Counted from the stretch's first letter, positions 51,814 through 63,825 are shown. The stretch: DNA of 64,000 nt from an uncultured Gemmatimonadales bacterium (GCA_963748815.1 CAVVKJ010000010.1:160001-224000), one strand, 5' to 3'. Translations and numbers: made by a program. Notes: generated by a model from the sequence alone, not told the origin.

Positions 51814-54644
51814 TGCATACTCGCCCAGCCCTGCTCCTCGCCGGCCTCGTCCTCGGCTGCGCGCCGACTGTCCAGCAGCCCGCGCCGAACGTCGACCCCG
51901 GCCGCATGGATCCGCCCGCCGCCACGGTGCCGGCCACGCCGCCGCCGACCATCCCGCTGGCGCCCGCGGATGCCGCCTACGCCAAGGGGTGGATGCCGCT
52001 CGCGGCCACCGGCGTCCCCGATTTCCTGGCGCTCCATCCGGAGTGGGACGGACGCGGGGTGTTGATCGGCATTCTCGACAGCGGAATCGACGCCGGCGTG
52101 CCGGGGCTGCAGCGGACGCCGAACGGGAGCGCCAAGCTTCTCGACCTCAGGGACTTCTCCGGCGAGGGCGCCGTGGCGCTTGCCGTCCTCACGCCCGTGG
52201 GAGACTCGGTTCGCATCGGAGACCTGGACCTCGGCGGGATGAGCCGGGTGCGGACCGTGAGCGCCGCCGGCCCCTGGTATGGTGGCACGCTGCATGAGCG
52301 TCCGCTCGGCGACCTCCCCGCGTCGGACGTCAACGGCGACGGCGACAACGCCGACCGCCTGGCGGTGCTGGTGACGCGGGCCAGCGACGGCTGGATCGTG
52401 ATGGTGGATGCCGACGGCGACGGCTCGTTCACCGGCGAGCGCGCGGTGCGCGATTACCTCCACGGGCGCGACACCTTCGGCTGGGCGCAGCCCGGCCAGC
52501 CGTCGCCGTTGACGGTGGTGGCGAACATCACGGATCGCGGCGGGGTGCCGAGCCTCGACCTCTTCTTCGACACCAGCGGCCACGGGACCCACGTGGCGGG
52601 CATTGCGGCCGGCAACGACATGTACGGCGTCGGGGGCTTCGACGGCGTGGCGCCCGGCGCCCAGTTGCTCGGGCTCAAGATCGCGAATAACGCGCACGGC
52701 GGGGTCACCGTGACCGGCAGCATGCTGGCCGCGATGGACTACGCGATTCGTTTCGCCAGGGCGCGGAACATCCCCCTGGTGCTGAACATGAGCTTCGGCG
52801 TGGGGAACGAAGTCGAGGGCACCGCGCGGATGGACCAGATCGTGGACTCGGTGCTCTCGGCCAACCCCGACCTGGCCATGGCCATCAGCGCCGGCAATGA
52901 CGGCCCCGGCCTCTCGACCGTGGGGTTCCCCGGATCGGCGGAACGCGCGCTCACCGTCGGCGCCACCTTCCCGCTCCCCTTCCTGGCGGGCGCGCCGGAA
53001 GATGGGCGTCCCGACCCGGTGGCCTATTTCTCCTCGCGCGGCGGCGAGCTGGCCAAGCCGGATCTCGTGACCCCCGGCGTGGCCTTCTCGACGGTGCCGC
53101 GGTGGAACACCGGCGACGAACGGAAGGGGGGCACCAGCATGGCCTCGCCCTACGCCGCCGGGCTGCTGGCCCTTCTCCGGTCGGCGGCCGCCGCCGAAAA
53201 GCTCCCCGTCAACGCACGGCAATTGAAGCAGGCGCTCATGGTGACGGCCCGCCCGCTCGCCGATGCGACCTATCTCGACCAGGGCACGGGCGTGCCCGAC
53301 ATCGGCGCCGGTTGGACTTGGCTGCAGGGTGGGCATGCCGTGCCGGATGTCTCAGTGCACCAATTGAACAGAGGCGGAAGTACCGCAGCGTTTGGCGTGG
53401 AGCGCGATGCGCAACGCCAGTTCTTCGTAAGCATCGGCAAAGAACGCCTCACCATGCCCATCACGCTGCGAAGTGATAGCCCGTGGCTGGTGGCGCCCTC
53501 GAGGATTGACAGCACGCACATCGTCGTCTCCGGGCCGTTAGGGGCCGGGTATCTCGTAGGACTCCGCTACCGAGCGACGGACTTGTCTGCCCCCGGAATA
53601 CACGTCGGCGTTGTCACGGGTTGGGGCCCGGATACCCTGGCCGGCCCGATCTTTCGCCTGGTCAATACGGTGCTCGTGCCAGTGCCCGCCGACACGGCGC
53701 TGGGACCGATCACGCTCGCGGCCGGCGCGACCGACCGGGTGTTCTTCGCGGTGGACTCGGGCCGGCCGTTCTCCGCGCGCCTGACCGCGGAGACCGAAGG
53801 GCCGACCCTCCTCGCCGCGCTCCACGCGCCGCACGGTCGGCCCGGCCCCGATGAGAACATTCTCGGCGCCGGCCCCGGTGCCCCCGCTGACTTTTCCATC
53901 GACGCCGCCGACGCCACACAGGGACTCTGGGAGGTCGACGCCCTCGGGTCGCCGGTGGCCGAGGGGACGGCGGGCATCGCGCTCCAGACGTCGCCGGCGC
54001 GCCTCGGGCTCTCCCGCAACCCGAAGGGCGTCGATCTCTCCCTGGAAAATCTCTCGAACCGGGCGGCCGACCTCCAGGTGGGCGCCGCCCTCATCGGCGC
54101 CGAGCGTGGGGCGGTGGTGCCCGGGTTGGGGAGCCGTGAGGAGTTCCTCGCCTTTGTCGTGCCCGCCTGGGCTCGCGAGCTCGTCATCGACGCGAGCATG
54201 CCGGCGGAGGCCTGGTCCCGCTTTACCGACTTTGCCTTCACCCTCTACGACGCTGCGGGGAACATCGTCGCCGAGGAGCCGTTGAACTACGCCGATGTCC
54301 GCCTGCGAGTCGAGCTGCCGGAGTCGCTCGCGGGAGAGACGCTGACGCTGCGCCTGACCCCGGCGTTTGCCGACAGCACCGACACCGGAGTCTGGACCCT
54401 CACGGCGCGGATCCGATTCCTCGCCGAGGAGGCCTTCCCGCTGGACGTCGCAAGCGACGAGGAGCACCGCACGGTGCACCTGGAGCCGCGCGCGAAGGTC
54501 TCCGTGCGGTTCCTGATGGCCGATGCTCCCTGGACGCTCCCCGACGGGTTCTTCCCGCTCGGGCAGGGCGTCGTGATGGAGGGCGCAACCCGCTGGACAC
54601 GGACGGCGGGACTTCCCGCTCCGATTGGACCGGTGATGCGATGA
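51813..54644 (+). CDS. S8 subtilase lipoprotein (TPP-II-like)
   Basis: [25 protein letters not shown]; lipobox VLGC. Confidence 0.92.
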   Translation: MHTRPALLLAGLVLGCAPTVQQPAPNVDPGRMDPPAATVPATPPPTIPLAPADAAYAKGWMPLAATGVPDFLALHPEWDGRGVLIGILDSGIDAGVPGLQRTPNGSAKLLDLRDFSGEGAVALAVLTPVGDSVRIGDLDLGGMSRVRTVSAAGPWYGGTLHERPLGDLPASDVNGDGDNADRLAVLVTRASDGWIVMVDADGDGSFTGERAVRDYLHGRDTFGWAQPGQPSPLTVVANITDRGGVPSLDLFFDTSGHGTHVAGIAAGNDMYGVGGFDGVAPGAQLLGLKIANNAHGGVTVTGSMLAAMDYAIRFARARNIPLVLNMSFGVGNEVEGTARMDQIVDSVLSANPDLAMAISAGNDGPGLSTVGFPGSAERALTVGATFPLPFLAGAPEDGRPDPVAYFSSRGGELAKPDLVTPGVAFSTVPRWNTGDERKGGTSMASPYAAGLLALLRSAAAAEKLPVNARQLKQALMVTARPLADATYLDQGTGVPDIGAGWTWLQGGHAVPDVSVHQLNRGGSTAAFGVERDAQRQFFVSIGKERLTMPITLRSDSPWLVAPSRIDSTHIVVSGPLGAGYLVGLRYRATDLSAPGIHVGVVTGWGPDTLAGPIFRLVNTVLVPVPADTALGPITLAAGATDRVFFAVDSGRPFSARLTAETEGPTLLAALHAPHGRPGPDENILGAGPGAPADFSIDAADATQGLWEVDALGSPVAEGTAGIALQTSPARLGLSRNPKGVDLSLENLSNRAADLQVGAALIGAERGAVVPGLGSREEFLAFVVPAWARELVIDASMPAEAWSRFTDFAFTLYDAAGNIVAEEPLNYADVRLRVELPESLAGETLTLRLTPAFADSTDTGVWTLTARIRFLAEEAFPLDVASDEEHRTVHLEPRAKVSVRFLMADAPWTLPDGFFPLGQGVVMEGATRWTRTAGLPAPIGPVMR

Positions 54645-56017
54645 GTGGCAAGACGGTACGGATCGCGGGGGGGCAGGGGTTCTGGGGCGACTGGCTCGAG
54701 GCGCCGGTGCGCCAGGTACGGGACGGCCCGATCGACTACCTGATGATGGACTACCTCGCCGAGGTCACGATGTCCATCATGCAGAAGCAGCGGTCGCGGA
54801 ACCCGCGCGCCGGATATGCGCGCGACTTCGTGCCGCTCATGGAGCGCATCCTCCCCGACATCGTCGAGAAAGGCATCCGGGTCACCTCCAACGCCGGCGG
54901 CGTCAATCCGCGCGGCTGCGCGGAGGCGGTGCTCGAGACGGCGCGTAAGCTGGGACTCGGGGGGAAACTCAAGGTCGGGCTCGTCACCGGCGACGACCTC
55001 CTGCCCGACCTGGACGACCTCATCGCGAAGGGTCACGAGCTCCGTGACATGGAGACCGGCCGTCCACTCTCCGACATCCGCGACAAGGTCCTCTCCGCCA
55101 ACGCCTACCTCGGCATGCAGCCAATGGTCGAGGCGCTGGGCCGAGGCGCACAAGTCGTGATCACCGGCCGGGTCACCGACACCGGGCTCACCCTGGCGCC
55201 GATGTTCCACGAGTTCGGATGGGACTTCGAGGACTGGGACAAGGTCGCCGCCGGCACGGTGGCGGGTCACATCATCGAGTGCGGGGCCCAGAGCTCCGGG
55301 GGGAACCTCCTCAAGGACTGGCGCAAGGTGAAGGGGCTCGCGAACCCGGGCTTCCCGATCGTCGAGGCGTCGGCCGACGGCTCGTTCGTCATCACCAAGC
55401 ATCCCGGCACCGGCGGCGTCGTTTCCATTCCCTCGGTCACCGAACAGCTGGTCTACGAGATGGGCGATCCGCACGAGTACATCACGCCGGACGGGGTGGC
55501 GGACTTCACCTCGATCCAGTTGAAGAAGGCGGGGAAGGACCGGGTGCATGTCAGCGGAATCCGGGGCGGGCCCCGCACCGCCATGCTGAAGGTGTCCATC
55601 GCCTACTTCTACGGCTACAAGGCGGTGGGCACGCTGGTCTACGGCTGGCCCGATGCCCACGACAAGGCCCGCGCCGCCGATGCCATCCTCCGGCAGCGGC
55701 TCAAGGACCTCGGCCTCGAGTTCGAACAGATCCTGACCGAGTACGTCGGGGTGGACGCCACCCACGGCAAACTCGCCGGACCGGCCAGTCCCGACCTCCC
55801 CGAGGTCCAGCTCCGGGTGGGCGTCCGGTCGACCGACAAGGCGGCCGTCGAGCGATTCACCCGTGAGATTGCCCCGCTCGTCCTGACCGGGCCGCCCAGC
55901 GTCACCGGCTTCGCGGGCGGACGCCCCCAGGTCGAGGAAATCGTGGCCTACTGGCCCGCCCTCATCGACCGGACCGCCGTCGAACCCGGCGTGCGCGTCG
56001 AAATCCTGGAGGCATGA
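54641..56017 (+). CDS. Acyclic terpene utilization AtuA family protein
   Basis: [38 protein letters not shown]. Confidence 0.92.
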   Translation: MSGKTVRIAGGQGFWGDWLEAPVRQVRDGPIDYLMMDYLAEVTMSIMQKQRSRNPRAGYARDFVPLMERILPDIVEKGIRVTSNAGGVNPRGCAEAVLETARKLGLGGKLKVGLVTGDDLLPDLDDLIAKGHELRDMETGRPLSDIRDKVLSANAYLGMQPMVEALGRGAQVVITGRVTDTGLTLAPMFHEFGWDFEDWDKVAAGTVAGHIIECGAQSSGGNLLKDWRKVKGLANPGFPIVEASADGSFVITKHPGTGGVVSIPSVTEQLVYEMGDPHEYITPDGVADFTSIQLKKAGKDRVHVSGIRGGPRTAMLKVSIAYFYGYKAVGTLVYGWPDAHDKARAADAILRQRLKDLGLEFEQILTEYVGVDATHGKLAGPASPDLPEVQLRVGVRSTDKAAVERFTREIAPLVLTGPPSVTGFAGGRPQVEEIVAYWPALIDRTAVEPGVRVEILEA

Positions 56018-56382
56018 TGCCCACCCAGAAGACGGTCCCGATGCAGCTCAGGTACCTCGCCCACGCGCGCTCGGGCGACAAGGGGAACACTGCGAATGTC
56101 GGCTTGATAGCACTTGAACCAGAATGGTATGATGTTCTGGTAAAACAAGTTACGATGGCACGTGTGAGAAAGCACTTTAAGGGAATGGTCAGCGATGTGG
56201 AAAGATTCGAGCTGCCGAATCTCCACGCCCTGAACTTCCTCCTGCACGATGCGCTCGACGGGGGTGGCACGATTTCGCTCAAGACCGATGCGCAGGGCAA
56301 GGTCTATTCGACGGCACTGCTGCGGATGGAAATCCCGGTGCCGGCTGCCGTGGCACGACAGGCGAAGAAGAGGGCCAGGTGA
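56014..56382 (+). CDS. AtuA-related small protein
   Basis: [36 protein letters not shown]. Confidence 0.9.
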   Translation: MMPTQKTVPMQLRYLAHARSGDKGNTANVGLIALEPEWYDVLVKQVTMARVRKHFKGMVSDVERFELPNLHALNFLLHDALDGGGTISLKTDAQGKVYSTALLRMEIPVPAAVARQAKKRAR

Positions 56383-57138
56383 GCGAATCCCTGCTGGTGG
56401 CGCTCGACGCAGGGGTCCTGAGCCTCACGCTCAATCGGCCCGAGAAGCGGAATGCGCTGGACACCCCGACGCTCGATGCCCTCCATACCCAGATCGAGCG
56501 CGCCGATCTCGATGCCCAGGTCCGGGTGGTCGCCATCCGAGGGGCGGGGAAGGACTTCTGTGCCGGGGCCGATCTCGCCGAGCTGCTCGCCAGCGCGGGG
56601 CAGACCGCCGAGGAGAATGAGCGGACCGCCCTCCACCTCGGCGGGCTCTTCGTGAAAATCCGCGAACTGCCCAAGCCGGTGGTCGCCGTGGTGCACGGCC
56701 GCGCCCTGGCCGGCGGCGCGGGGCTGGCCACCGCCTGCGATCTCGTCCTCTCCACCGCCAGCGCGAAGTTCGGCTACCCCGAGATCCAGCGCGGCTTCGT
56801 CCCCGCCATGGTGATGACGCTCCTCCGCCGCCTCACTGGCGAGAAGCTCGCCTTCGACCTGGCCGCGACCGGTCGGATCCTTTCGGCGGCGGAGGCGTGC
56901 GCCGCCGGCCTCGTCTCCCGCGTCATCGCCGATGCCCAGTTCGAGGCGGAGACGGCCGGCATCCTGGCCGGGCTCTCCTCCGCCAGCGGTTCGGCGCTCG
57001 CGCTCACCAAGCGCCAGTTCTACCAGCTCGACGGGATGAGCTTCGGGGAGGGCATCGCCCTCGGGCGCGCAGGTCAACGCCCTCGCCCGCAGTACGCCGG
57101 ACTTCAAGCAGGCCATCGCGGCGTTCCTCGACAAATGA
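56379..57138 (+). CDS. Enoyl-CoA hydratase/isomerase (frameshift near 57070)
   Basis: LNRPEKRNAL, FCAGADL, ALAGGAGL, FGYPE; true C-terminus DFKQAIAAFLDK* in a shifted frame. Confidence 0.88.
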
Positions 57139-57326
57139 ATCCGCTCAGGATCTTCACCGCCCTGATGGGGTTCCTGGTGGCTGTCCTCGCCATCGCGCGG
57201 GACGAGACCACCCTGGGCTGGGTCGCGATCGGCTTCCTCGGCTCCTCCGTCGGCGTCCGCCTCGTGCAGCGTTTCCTTGCCAGGCGGGACCAGGACGACA
57301 CCGACTCGACCGATCCCCGCCCCTGA
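57135..57326 (+). CDS. Small 2-TM protein
   Basis: ATGA overlap at 57135; hydrophobic. Confidence 0.6.
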   Translation: MNPLRIFTALMGFLVAVLAIARDETTLGWVAIGFLGSSVGVRLVQRFLARRDQDDTDSTDPRP

Positions 57327-57397
57327 TCCGCGCTTTCCTGCCCCGTCGCGCGGGGTTCGGGTGACGCTCCTGGCGCCCTGATTTCCCATCGTGCAGG

Positions 57398-58762
57398 GTG
57401 ACGAACCTTCTCCCCGCGCGCCTCGCCCTGGCTCGTTCGGCACTCCTCAAACACTTTGGCTTCCCCGACTTCCGTCCCGCCCAGCGGCGGGTCATCCAAT
57501 CGGTGCTCGCCGGCCGAGACACCCTTGCCGTCCTCCCGACGGGCGGGGGCAAGTCGGTCTGCTTCCAGGTTCCGGCGCTGGTGCTCGACGGGTTGACGGT
57601 CGTCGTCTCGCCGCTGCTTTCGCTGATGCAGGACCAGGTGGAGGCGGCGCGAAGGCGCGGCCTGGCTGCCGCGGCGCTCAACAGTGCCCAGGACGCCGAG
57701 GCGCAGCGCGCCGTGCTCGACGCGGTCCGGGCCGGCTCGCTGAAGCTGCTCTACGTATCTCCAGAGCGCCTCGAGCGGCTGGCGGGGAGGCTATCCGAAT
57801 TGGATGTGCGGGTCGGACTCCTCGCCGTGGATGAGGCGCACTGCATCAGCGAATGGGGGCACGACTTTCGGCCCAGCTACCGCCTCCTGCTCGCCGCCCG
57901 GATCCGCCTCGGCCGCCCCCCCGTGGTGGCTCTCACCGGCAGCGCCACGCCGGAGGTGCGGCAGGACATTGCCACCTCGCTCCGGCTCGGCGGGGCCGGG
58001 CGCTGGGACCTGCACCTCGATTCCTTCGACCGCACGAACCTCTGGTTCGCGGTCCAGCGGGTGAAGACGGATCGTGACCGGTTCCGCATCCTCCTGTCGC
58101 AACTGGCGCCGAGAGGGGGGACGGCCATCGTCTACGCTCCGACGCGACGCCTCACCGAGGGGCTGGCGCGGTCGATCCACTATGCCGGGTATCGCTGCGC
58201 CGCCTACCATGCGGGGCTGGATCGTGGGCGCCGGGAGCGGGAGCTGCATCGATTCCTGTCGGGCGAACTCGACGTGGTGACCGCCACCAGCGCGTTCGGC
58301 ATGGGCATCGACAAGCCGGACGTGCGGGTGGTCGTGCACTGGATGACGCCTCCCACGCCGGAGTCCTACTACCAGGAGGCGGGAAGGGCGGGGCGGGACG
58401 GGGCGCCGTCCCGCTGCGTGCTGCTCTTTGCGAAGGGAGACGCCAAACTGCACCGGCGGCAACTCGACGTCACCTTTCCGGCGGAGCGGGTCGTCGAAGA
58501 GGCGTGGAGGGATCCGTCGCGTCTCGCACGACTGCCATCAAATGTCAGGGCGTCGGTCGAGCGGCTGCGCAGGGAACTGGACCCGGGGGCTGGACCGGTC
58601 GACTGGGGCCGCGTGCGGATCAGGCGGAGGCGGGCGGAGGCGCGCATCGCGGCGATGGAACGGTATGCGACGACGTCACGCTGCCGTCGCGCCGAATTGC
58701 TGCACTACTTCGGCGAGCGGCTCGGTCAATGCGCCGGTTGTGACCGGCACCCGCGATCCTGA
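57398..58762 (+). CDS. recQ: RecQ family DNA helicase
   Basis: PTGGGKS, DEAHCISEWGHDFRP, AFGMGIDK, YYQEAGRAGRDG, C-terminal Cys motif. Confidence 0.93.
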   Translation: MTNLLPARLALARSALLKHFGFPDFRPAQRRVIQSVLAGRDTLAVLPTGGGKSVCFQVPALVLDGLTVVVSPLLSLMQDQVEAARRRGLAAAALNSAQDAEAQRAVLDAVRAGSLKLLYVSPERLERLAGRLSELDVRVGLLAVDEAHCISEWGHDFRPSYRLLLAARIRLGRPPVVALTGSATPEVRQDIATSLRLGGAGRWDLHLDSFDRTNLWFAVQRVKTDRDRFRILLSQLAPRGGTAIVYAPTRRLTEGLARSIHYAGYRCAAYHAGLDRGRRERELHRFLSGELDVVTATSAFGMGIDKPDVRVVVHWMTPPTPESYYQEAGRAGRDGAPSRCVLLFAKGDAKLHRRQLDVTFPAERVVEEAWRDPSRLARLPSNVRASVERLRRELDPGAGPVDWGRVRIRRRRAEARIAAMERYATTSRCRRAELLHYFGERLGQCAGCDRHPRS

Positions 58763-58763
58763 T

Positions 58764-58790
58764 CGTCACCCCGGCGAAAGCCGGGGTCCA
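58764..58790 (+). repeat. REP-like palindrome (CGTC-tagged)
   Basis: CGTCACCCCGGCGAAAGCCGGGGTCCA. Confidence 0.8.
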
Positions 58791-58826
58791 TCGTCCTTCG
58801 AGCCAGGTGGGTCCCAGTTGCCCCGC

Positions 58827-59303
58827 CTACTTCAGCGTCAGGGCCACCGAATCCACGCCGCTCGCCAGGAAGACCCCTCGTGCGTCGGTGCCGCCGAGTC
58901 GGACCTGCAGGGTCGTCGCGTCGTCCGGCGTCCGCATCCGGAGCGACGGCGCGCCGCTGCTCTGCAGGTTGAGGGTGACGACCGGTTGGGCGACGGTGTC
59001 AAACAGGAATACCGACGGCCGGCCCATCATGTCCAGCAGGAATCCCGCGCGCCAGCGCCCGGCTTCGTCCTGCAGGTTCAAGCCGATACCGCTCTGGTCG
59101 TAGGCCAGGCTGCCCCGTGCCTTGCCGGATTCGTCGGTCACCACGAACCCCCGCGCCTCGATGACGCCGTTCCGTGGCCACACCCGTCCCCACATCAGGC
59201 TGAGCAGCGACAGCGCCAGCGTGAGGATGACGGTCCACCGCAGGCTGCGGTTGTGTTTTTCCAGCACGCGCACTCGTTGTTCAATCACCTCAAGTTCCGA
59301 CAC
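58827..59303 (-). CDS. Hypothetical membrane-anchored protein
   Basis: Coiled N-terminus, TM, IEARGFVVTDESGKARG beta repeats. Confidence 0.7.
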   Translation of the reverse strand: MSELEVIEQRVRVLEKHNRSLRWTVILTLALSLLSLMWGRVWPRNGVIEARGFVVTDESGKARGSLAYDQSGIGLNLQDEAGRWRAGFLLDMMGRPSVFLFDTVAQPVVTLNLQSSGAPSLRMRTPDDATTLQVRLGGTDARGVFLASGVDSVALTLK

Positions 59304-59344
59304 GTTGCCCCCTTTGGATCTGATGTCATGCCTGCCGTTGGCGG

Positions 59345-59413
59345 GTCACCCCGGCGAAAGCCGGGGTCTATTGGCCGACCCCAAAATGGATCCCGGCTTT
59401 CGCCGGGATGACG
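59345..59413. repeat. Inverted REP doublet
   Basis: GTCACCCCGGCGAAAGCCGGGGTCTA ... TGGATCCCGGCTTTCGCCGGGATGACG. Confidence 0.82.
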
Positions 59414-59474
59414 GCCCTAGCACCTTTGGCCCCGCTTCCCCGCTTCCCCGTTCGATCCCCGCTTCCCCGCTACG

Positions 59475-61031
59475 CTACCCCCAGATCACTCCCTCTCGCT
59501 GCACCAGTGCCCGCAGGTCGACCCGTGGTTTCCGGCACACCCAGATCGGGACTTCCTGCTCCTCGTCCACACCCCACGGATTGCGCGACCACGGCTGCCT
59601 CGGTCGACCTCGTCGAAGATCGCATCGAGCCCGTCGCGCGAGCCGCCGACCACGATCGTCGTGCCCCTCGCCCAGGTTGCCCCATCCCCAGGCGAAGAAA
59701 TCGCCGTGGCGGCTCACGGGATAGGGCAGTCCGAGGCCGGGACCGTAGACCGCCAACGCGCCCGTGCGACCATAGTTGATGCCGAAGATCGTGGTGGTGG
59801 CCCGCTCGCCATCGGGCAGGGAGTGGTAGACCGCCGCGACACCTTGGACCATCTCTTCCCAGCCGGTCATGTCGGCATAGTCCTGCGGGAGTGGAAGCAC
59901 CGTCCCGTAGTTCGTCTCGGTGGCGCGTGTCGCGCCGAGACGGGCTGCGTATTGTGCCATCTGCGGGGGCGGCAGCAGGGGCACTCCAATCGGCAGAAGG
60001 GCAATGCCGAGCAGGGCGAACGCTCCCAGGGTTGCGACGAAGACCGGGCGCGGGATGGGGCGGGCAATCATGGCGGCCATGTAGGCGCACGCTGCGGCGA
60101 GCAGCGCCGGGTGGACCGGGTCGAAGTAGTACGGCTTGCCTCCCACCACGAGGAAGGCGCCGAAGATGGTGCACGCCAGAATTCCGAGTGGCCGGAAGGG
60201 CCGGAGCCGGCGCGAAAGGAGGAGGGCCCCGATCCCGATCAGCCAGAGCAGCGCACCGGGTCCCAACGAGTGAAACTGACCGGTGAAGAACTCCAGGCGG
60301 CTCACGCGCGCCAGTTGCCCGGCCTGCAGCGCCGGCGTCTGGGCCAGGAACGGCCACCCGTTCGCCACCTGCCCGGTCAGGCTCGGCAGGGCCAGCACGC
60401 CGCCGATCGCCGCGGCGAGCCAGGGCCAGCGGGTGGCGAGGTCGCGCCGGAGCGGGGAACAGACGACCGCGACGACCACCCCGAGCCCGAGAAAGGCGAC
60501 GCTGAACTTCGTCATCGCCCCCAGCCCGACTCCGACGCCGAGCGCCAGCCACCAGCGTCGGTCACGGCCGGCGAGCAGCTTCGTCAGGGCCAGCAGCGCG
60601 AGCCCCCACCAGGCTCGCTCGAACACGACCGGCTGGAAGAGCGTCCCCCCTCGCTCGAAGGTGGGCGCGAAGAGAATGGCCGCGGCGGTGAAGAGCTGCG
60701 CGCGTTGGCTCCCGCCGAGTTCGCGGCAGATGAGCGCTGCCACGAGCGTGAGCGAGGCGCCGGCGAGTGACGCCAGCAGGTTGACGGCGGCGAGGAGCGG
60801 CAGCGGAAGCGCGCGGGCCAGTTCCGCCAGGATGGCGATCAGCGGAGGGAACTGCATCCGGAAGAGGTCGAGGTGATCGCCCATCGAGAGATAGAGGAGC
60901 GAGTCCCGGTTGAATCCATACCCCGGCCGGGGCAGGAGGTGCACCGCCATGAAGGCGAGCGCCACGATCCAGACCCCGACCGGCAGGCGTGCCTTTTGGG
61001 CGGCTCGCGTCGCTGCTACGAAATCGGCCAT
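59475..61031 (-). CDS. Glycosyltransferase family 39 (GT-C/ArnT-like) membrane protein
   Basis: YGFNRDSLLY, PPLI, GAMTKFS, GKPYY, DYADMTGW, NYG; probable local frameshift near 59600-59670. Confidence 0.82.
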   Translation of the reverse strand: MADFVAATRAAQKARLPVGVWIVALAFMAVHLLPRPGYGFNRDSLLYLSMGDHLDLFRMQFPPLIAILAELARALPLPLLAAVNLLASLAGASLTLVAALICRELGGSQRAQLFTAAAILFAPTFERGGTLFQPVVFERAWWGLALLALTKLLAGRDRRWWLALGVGVGLGAMTKFSVAFLGLGVVVAVVCSPLRRDLATRWPWLAAAIGGVLALPSLTGQVANGWPFLAQTPALQAGQLARVSRLEFFTGQFHSLGPGALLWLIGIGALLLSRRLRPFRPLGILACTIFGAFLVVGGKPYYFDPVHPALLAAACAYMAAMIARPIPRPVFVATLGAFALLGIALLPIGVPLLPPPQMAQYAARLGATRATETNYGTVLPLPQDYADMTGWEEMVQGVAAVYHSLPDGERATTTIFGINYGRTGALAVYGPGLGLPYPVSRHGDFFAWGWGNLGEGHDDRGRRLARRARCDLRRGRPRQPWSRNPWGVDEEQEVPIWVCRKPRVDLRALVQREGVIWG

Positions 61032-61107
61032 TGCATCAACGCTTCCCCTTTCGTGCCTTCGCTGCCCCGATCGCGACTCCGATCACCACGCCGATCACCA
61101 CGCCGAT

Positions 61108-61177
61108 CGTCACCCCGGCGAAAGCCGGGGTCCATCGCCTTCGGTCAACATGGATCCCGGCTTGCGCCGGGATGACG
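61108..61177. repeat. Inverted REP doublet
   Basis: CGTCACCCCGGCGAAAGCCGGGGTCCA ... TGGATCCCGGCTTGCGCCGGGATGACG. Confidence 0.82.
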
Positions 61178-61190
61178 GCTGTTTGATCGT

Positions 61191-61235
61191 CCCACTTCCC
61201 CGCTTCCCCACTTCCCCGCTTCCCCGCTTCCCCGC
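61191..61235. repeat. Octamer tandem repeat (CCCCRCTT)n
   Basis: About 5.5 units; similar tracts at 59430-59471 and 37602-37633. Confidence 0.8.
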
Positions 61236-62426
61236 CTACTCCGCCACTACCTTGTACACCCGCCCACTCGCCATCGCGATGTACACCTCGCCGTCTGCAT
61301 CCTCACCGAAGCCGGCCAGGTTGTCCGCCGGAATGGTCGGCGCCCACACCGTCACGTCGCTCACGGTGCCGGACGACGATCGGGTCAGGCTCCGAAAGGT
61401 GTTGCGGCAGAAGTCGCCGAAGAGGTAGGTCCCCTGCCGCCCGGGAATCGCCGAGCCGCGGTAGACGACGCCGCCGATGACCGAGCACCCCTCGCTGTGC
61501 GAATATTCATGGACGGGCGGTGTGAGCCCCGCCGAAGGGCAGCCGGTCGCCGGGATCCAGCAGGCGTTCCCCTCGCGATACGGCCAGCCGTAATTGAGCC
61601 CGCCTGTACCGGCCGCGGAGAAGTTGATTTCCTCCCAGCTGTCCTCGCCGACGTCGCCCCACCAGAGGTCGCCGGTCTGCCGGTCCACACTCCAACGGTA
61701 CGGATTGCGGAGGCCGACGTGGTAGATCTCGCCTCGCCATCCCGGCCGGCCGACGAATGGGTTGCTGCCCGGGATCGCGTACGGTGCGGCGCCGTCCACG
61801 CCGATGCGCAGCATCTTCCCGAGGAGCGAGGTGCTGTCCTGCGCGGGGCTCGTCGGGACGGCGCCCGTCTCGCCGTCGCCAGTCGCAAGGTAGAGGAGGC
61901 CATCCCGCCCGAAGGTGACCGTCCCGCCGTAGTGAATCGCGTAGCTCGGCTGCGAGAACTGGAGAATCGTACGGACCGGCACCGGGCTCGCGTGATCGAA
62001 GCTCGGCGTGGCGGTCAGCTCGATCAGCCGCGTGTCCTCGTTCTGGTCGATGAGGTAGGCGAAGAGCCGCCGGTTGGTGGCGTACTGCGGATGAAAGGCG
62101 ATGCTGAGCACGCCGTACTCCCGCGCCACGCCCGGGGCGCCGGTCAACCCGGTCAGGTTCACAAAGGCGGAATCGAGCCGGACGCCGTTCTTGCGGAGCA
62201 CCACGCGGCCGCCCCGTTCGAGGACCATGAGCCGGCTGGTGTCGCCCGGCGGCGCGATGACCTGGATGGGAAAGTCGTATCCGCTGTCGATCGCCGCGAG
62301 CGACAGGTTGGGCGGCGGTGCGGACGGACCCGCGGCATCGCTGCCGCAGCCGAGGGCGACTGCCACGAGGCAGGGGAGCGCCAGGTGAAACGCCCGGCGG
62401 GCTGGCTGCTGGGGACCTGCCGACAT
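61236..62426 (-). CDS. PQQ-dependent sugar dehydrogenase (GSDH family) lipoprotein
   Basis: HYGG..FGRDGLLY..GDG, LGKMLRI, GLRNPYR, DVGE..WEEIN, NYGWP; start ATG 62426. Confidence 0.88.
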   Translation of the reverse strand: MSAGPQQPARRAFHLALPCLVAVALGCGSDAAGPSAPPPNLSLAAIDSGYDFPIQVIAPPGDTSRLMVLERGGRVVLRKNGVRLDSAFVNLTGLTGAPGVAREYGVLSIAFHPQYATNRRLFAYLIDQNEDTRLIELTATPSFDHASPVPVRTILQFSQPSYAIHYGGTVTFGRDGLLYLATGDGETGAVPTSPAQDSTSLLGKMLRIGVDGAAPYAIPGSNPFVGRPGWRGEIYHVGLRNPYRWSVDRQTGDLWWGDVGEDSWEEINFSAAGTGGLNYGWPYREGNACWIPATGCPSAGLTPPVHEYSHSEGCSVIGGVVYRGSAIPGRQGTYLFGDFCRNTFRSLTRSSSGTVSDVTVWAPTIPADNLAGFGEDADGEVYIAMASGRVYKVVAE

Positions 62427-62555
62427 CGACACTCCGGCTTCGCGGTGTTGGGGGAGCGCCCGCAGGCGCCGACGGTAATCTAATGGGAGGGCGGGGTGAA
62501 ACCTTGCGCGTCCGGTGGTAGATTGGGGGGAATATTCCTCATGCCGGGACGGCCC

Positions 62556-63773
62556 ATGGACTTGCCCTTCTACTTTGGCGAACAGCATCTGCAGGTGCGC
62601 GACATGGTGCGGGAATTCGCCCGGACCGAGGTCGCTCCTGTCGCCAAGGAACTCGACCGCACCTCCGAATTTCTCTGGGACAGCGTCGCCAAGATGGGGC
62701 CGCTCGGGCTCCTCGGTGTGCCCTGGCCGGAGGAGCTCGGCGGGGCCGGCATGGACCAGCTCTCCTACTACATCGTGCTCCATGAGCTCGCCAAGGTCGA
62801 CGCCAGCCACGCCCTGACCGTCAGCGCCCACACCAACCTCGGCACCTCCCCGATCGTCGAGTTCGGCACCCAGGCCCAGCGGGAGCGCTACGTGCCGCTG
62901 CTCGCGTCCGGCAGGGTGCTCGGCGGGTTTGGCCTGACCGAGCCCGGCGCCGGGAGCGACGCCGGCGGCACCGCGACCACCGCCGTTGACAAGGGCGACC
63001 ACTACGTCCTGAACGGATCGAAGGTCTTCATTACCCACGCCGGGGTCGGCGAGATCTTCTCCGTCACCGCGCGCACCTCGCCCGGCTCGGGGCATCGCGG
63101 AATCACCAGCTTCATCGTCACGAAGGATGCGGTGGACCTGGCCCGATGCAACGCCGTCGGCGTCGGGCACGCGGCCGACCTGCCGAAGACCAAGGGGGTG
63201 CGGGCGGGCAAGAAGGAAGACAAGATGGGGTGGAAGTCCTCCGACACCCGTGAGCTGATTCTCGAGGACGCCATCGTCCCGAAGGAAAACGTGCTCGGCA
63301 CCGTCGGCGAGGGCTTCGTCAACTTTCTCAAGACGCTCGATGCCGGCCGGATCGGGATTGCCGCCGTGTCGCTGGGCATCGCGGAGGGCGCGTACGAGGA
63401 GGCGCTCCGCTACGCCTCGGTCCGGAAGCAGTTCGGGAAGACGATCTCCAGCTTCCAGGGCATCAGCTTCCAGCTGGCCGACATGGCCACGGAAATCCAG
63501 GCGGGCACTCACCTCCTGTATCACGCCGCCTGGCTCAAGCAGAACGGCCGCCCGTTCAAGCAGGAGGCGGCCATGGCCAAGCTCTACTGCTCCGAACTCG
63601 CCATGCGGGCCACCACCAAGGCGGTCCAGATCTTCGGCGGATACGGGTACACGACCGATTATCCGGTCGAGCGGATGATGCGCGACGCCAAGGTCTGCGA
63701 GATCGGCGAAGGGACCAGCGAAATCCAGCGTATCGTCATTGCCAGGAACATCTTGGCTGGCCTGGAAGGGTAG
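62556..63773 (+). CDS. Acyl-CoA dehydrogenase
   Basis: [42 protein letters not shown]. Confidence 0.95.
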   Translation: MDLPFYFGEQHLQVRDMVREFARTEVAPVAKELDRTSEFLWDSVAKMGPLGLLGVPWPEELGGAGMDQLSYYIVLHELAKVDASHALTVSAHTNLGTSPIVEFGTQAQRERYVPLLASGRVLGGFGLTEPGAGSDAGGTATTAVDKGDHYVLNGSKVFITHAGVGEIFSVTARTSPGSGHRGITSFIVTKDAVDLARCNAVGVGHAADLPKTKGVRAGKKEDKMGWKSSDTRELILEDAIVPKENVLGTVGEGFVNFLKTLDAGRIGIAAVSLGIAEGAYEEALRYASVRKQFGKTISSFQGISFQLADMATEIQAGTHLLYHAAWLKQNGRPFKQEAAMAKLYCSELAMRATTKAVQIFGGYGYTTDYPVERMMRDAKVCEIGEGTSEIQRIVIARNILAGLEG

Positions 63774-63787
63774 CCCCCGCCGCTCTA

Positions 63788-63825
63788 TTGCCGGAACCGG
63801 GGCCATGTCCTATGATTGTGACATG
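63788..63825 (+). promoter_or_regulatory. Sigma70-like promoter before a possibly leaderless ATG
   Basis: TTGCCG-N17-TATGAT-6 nt-ATG(63823); the frame stays open to the window end. Confidence 0.5.
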
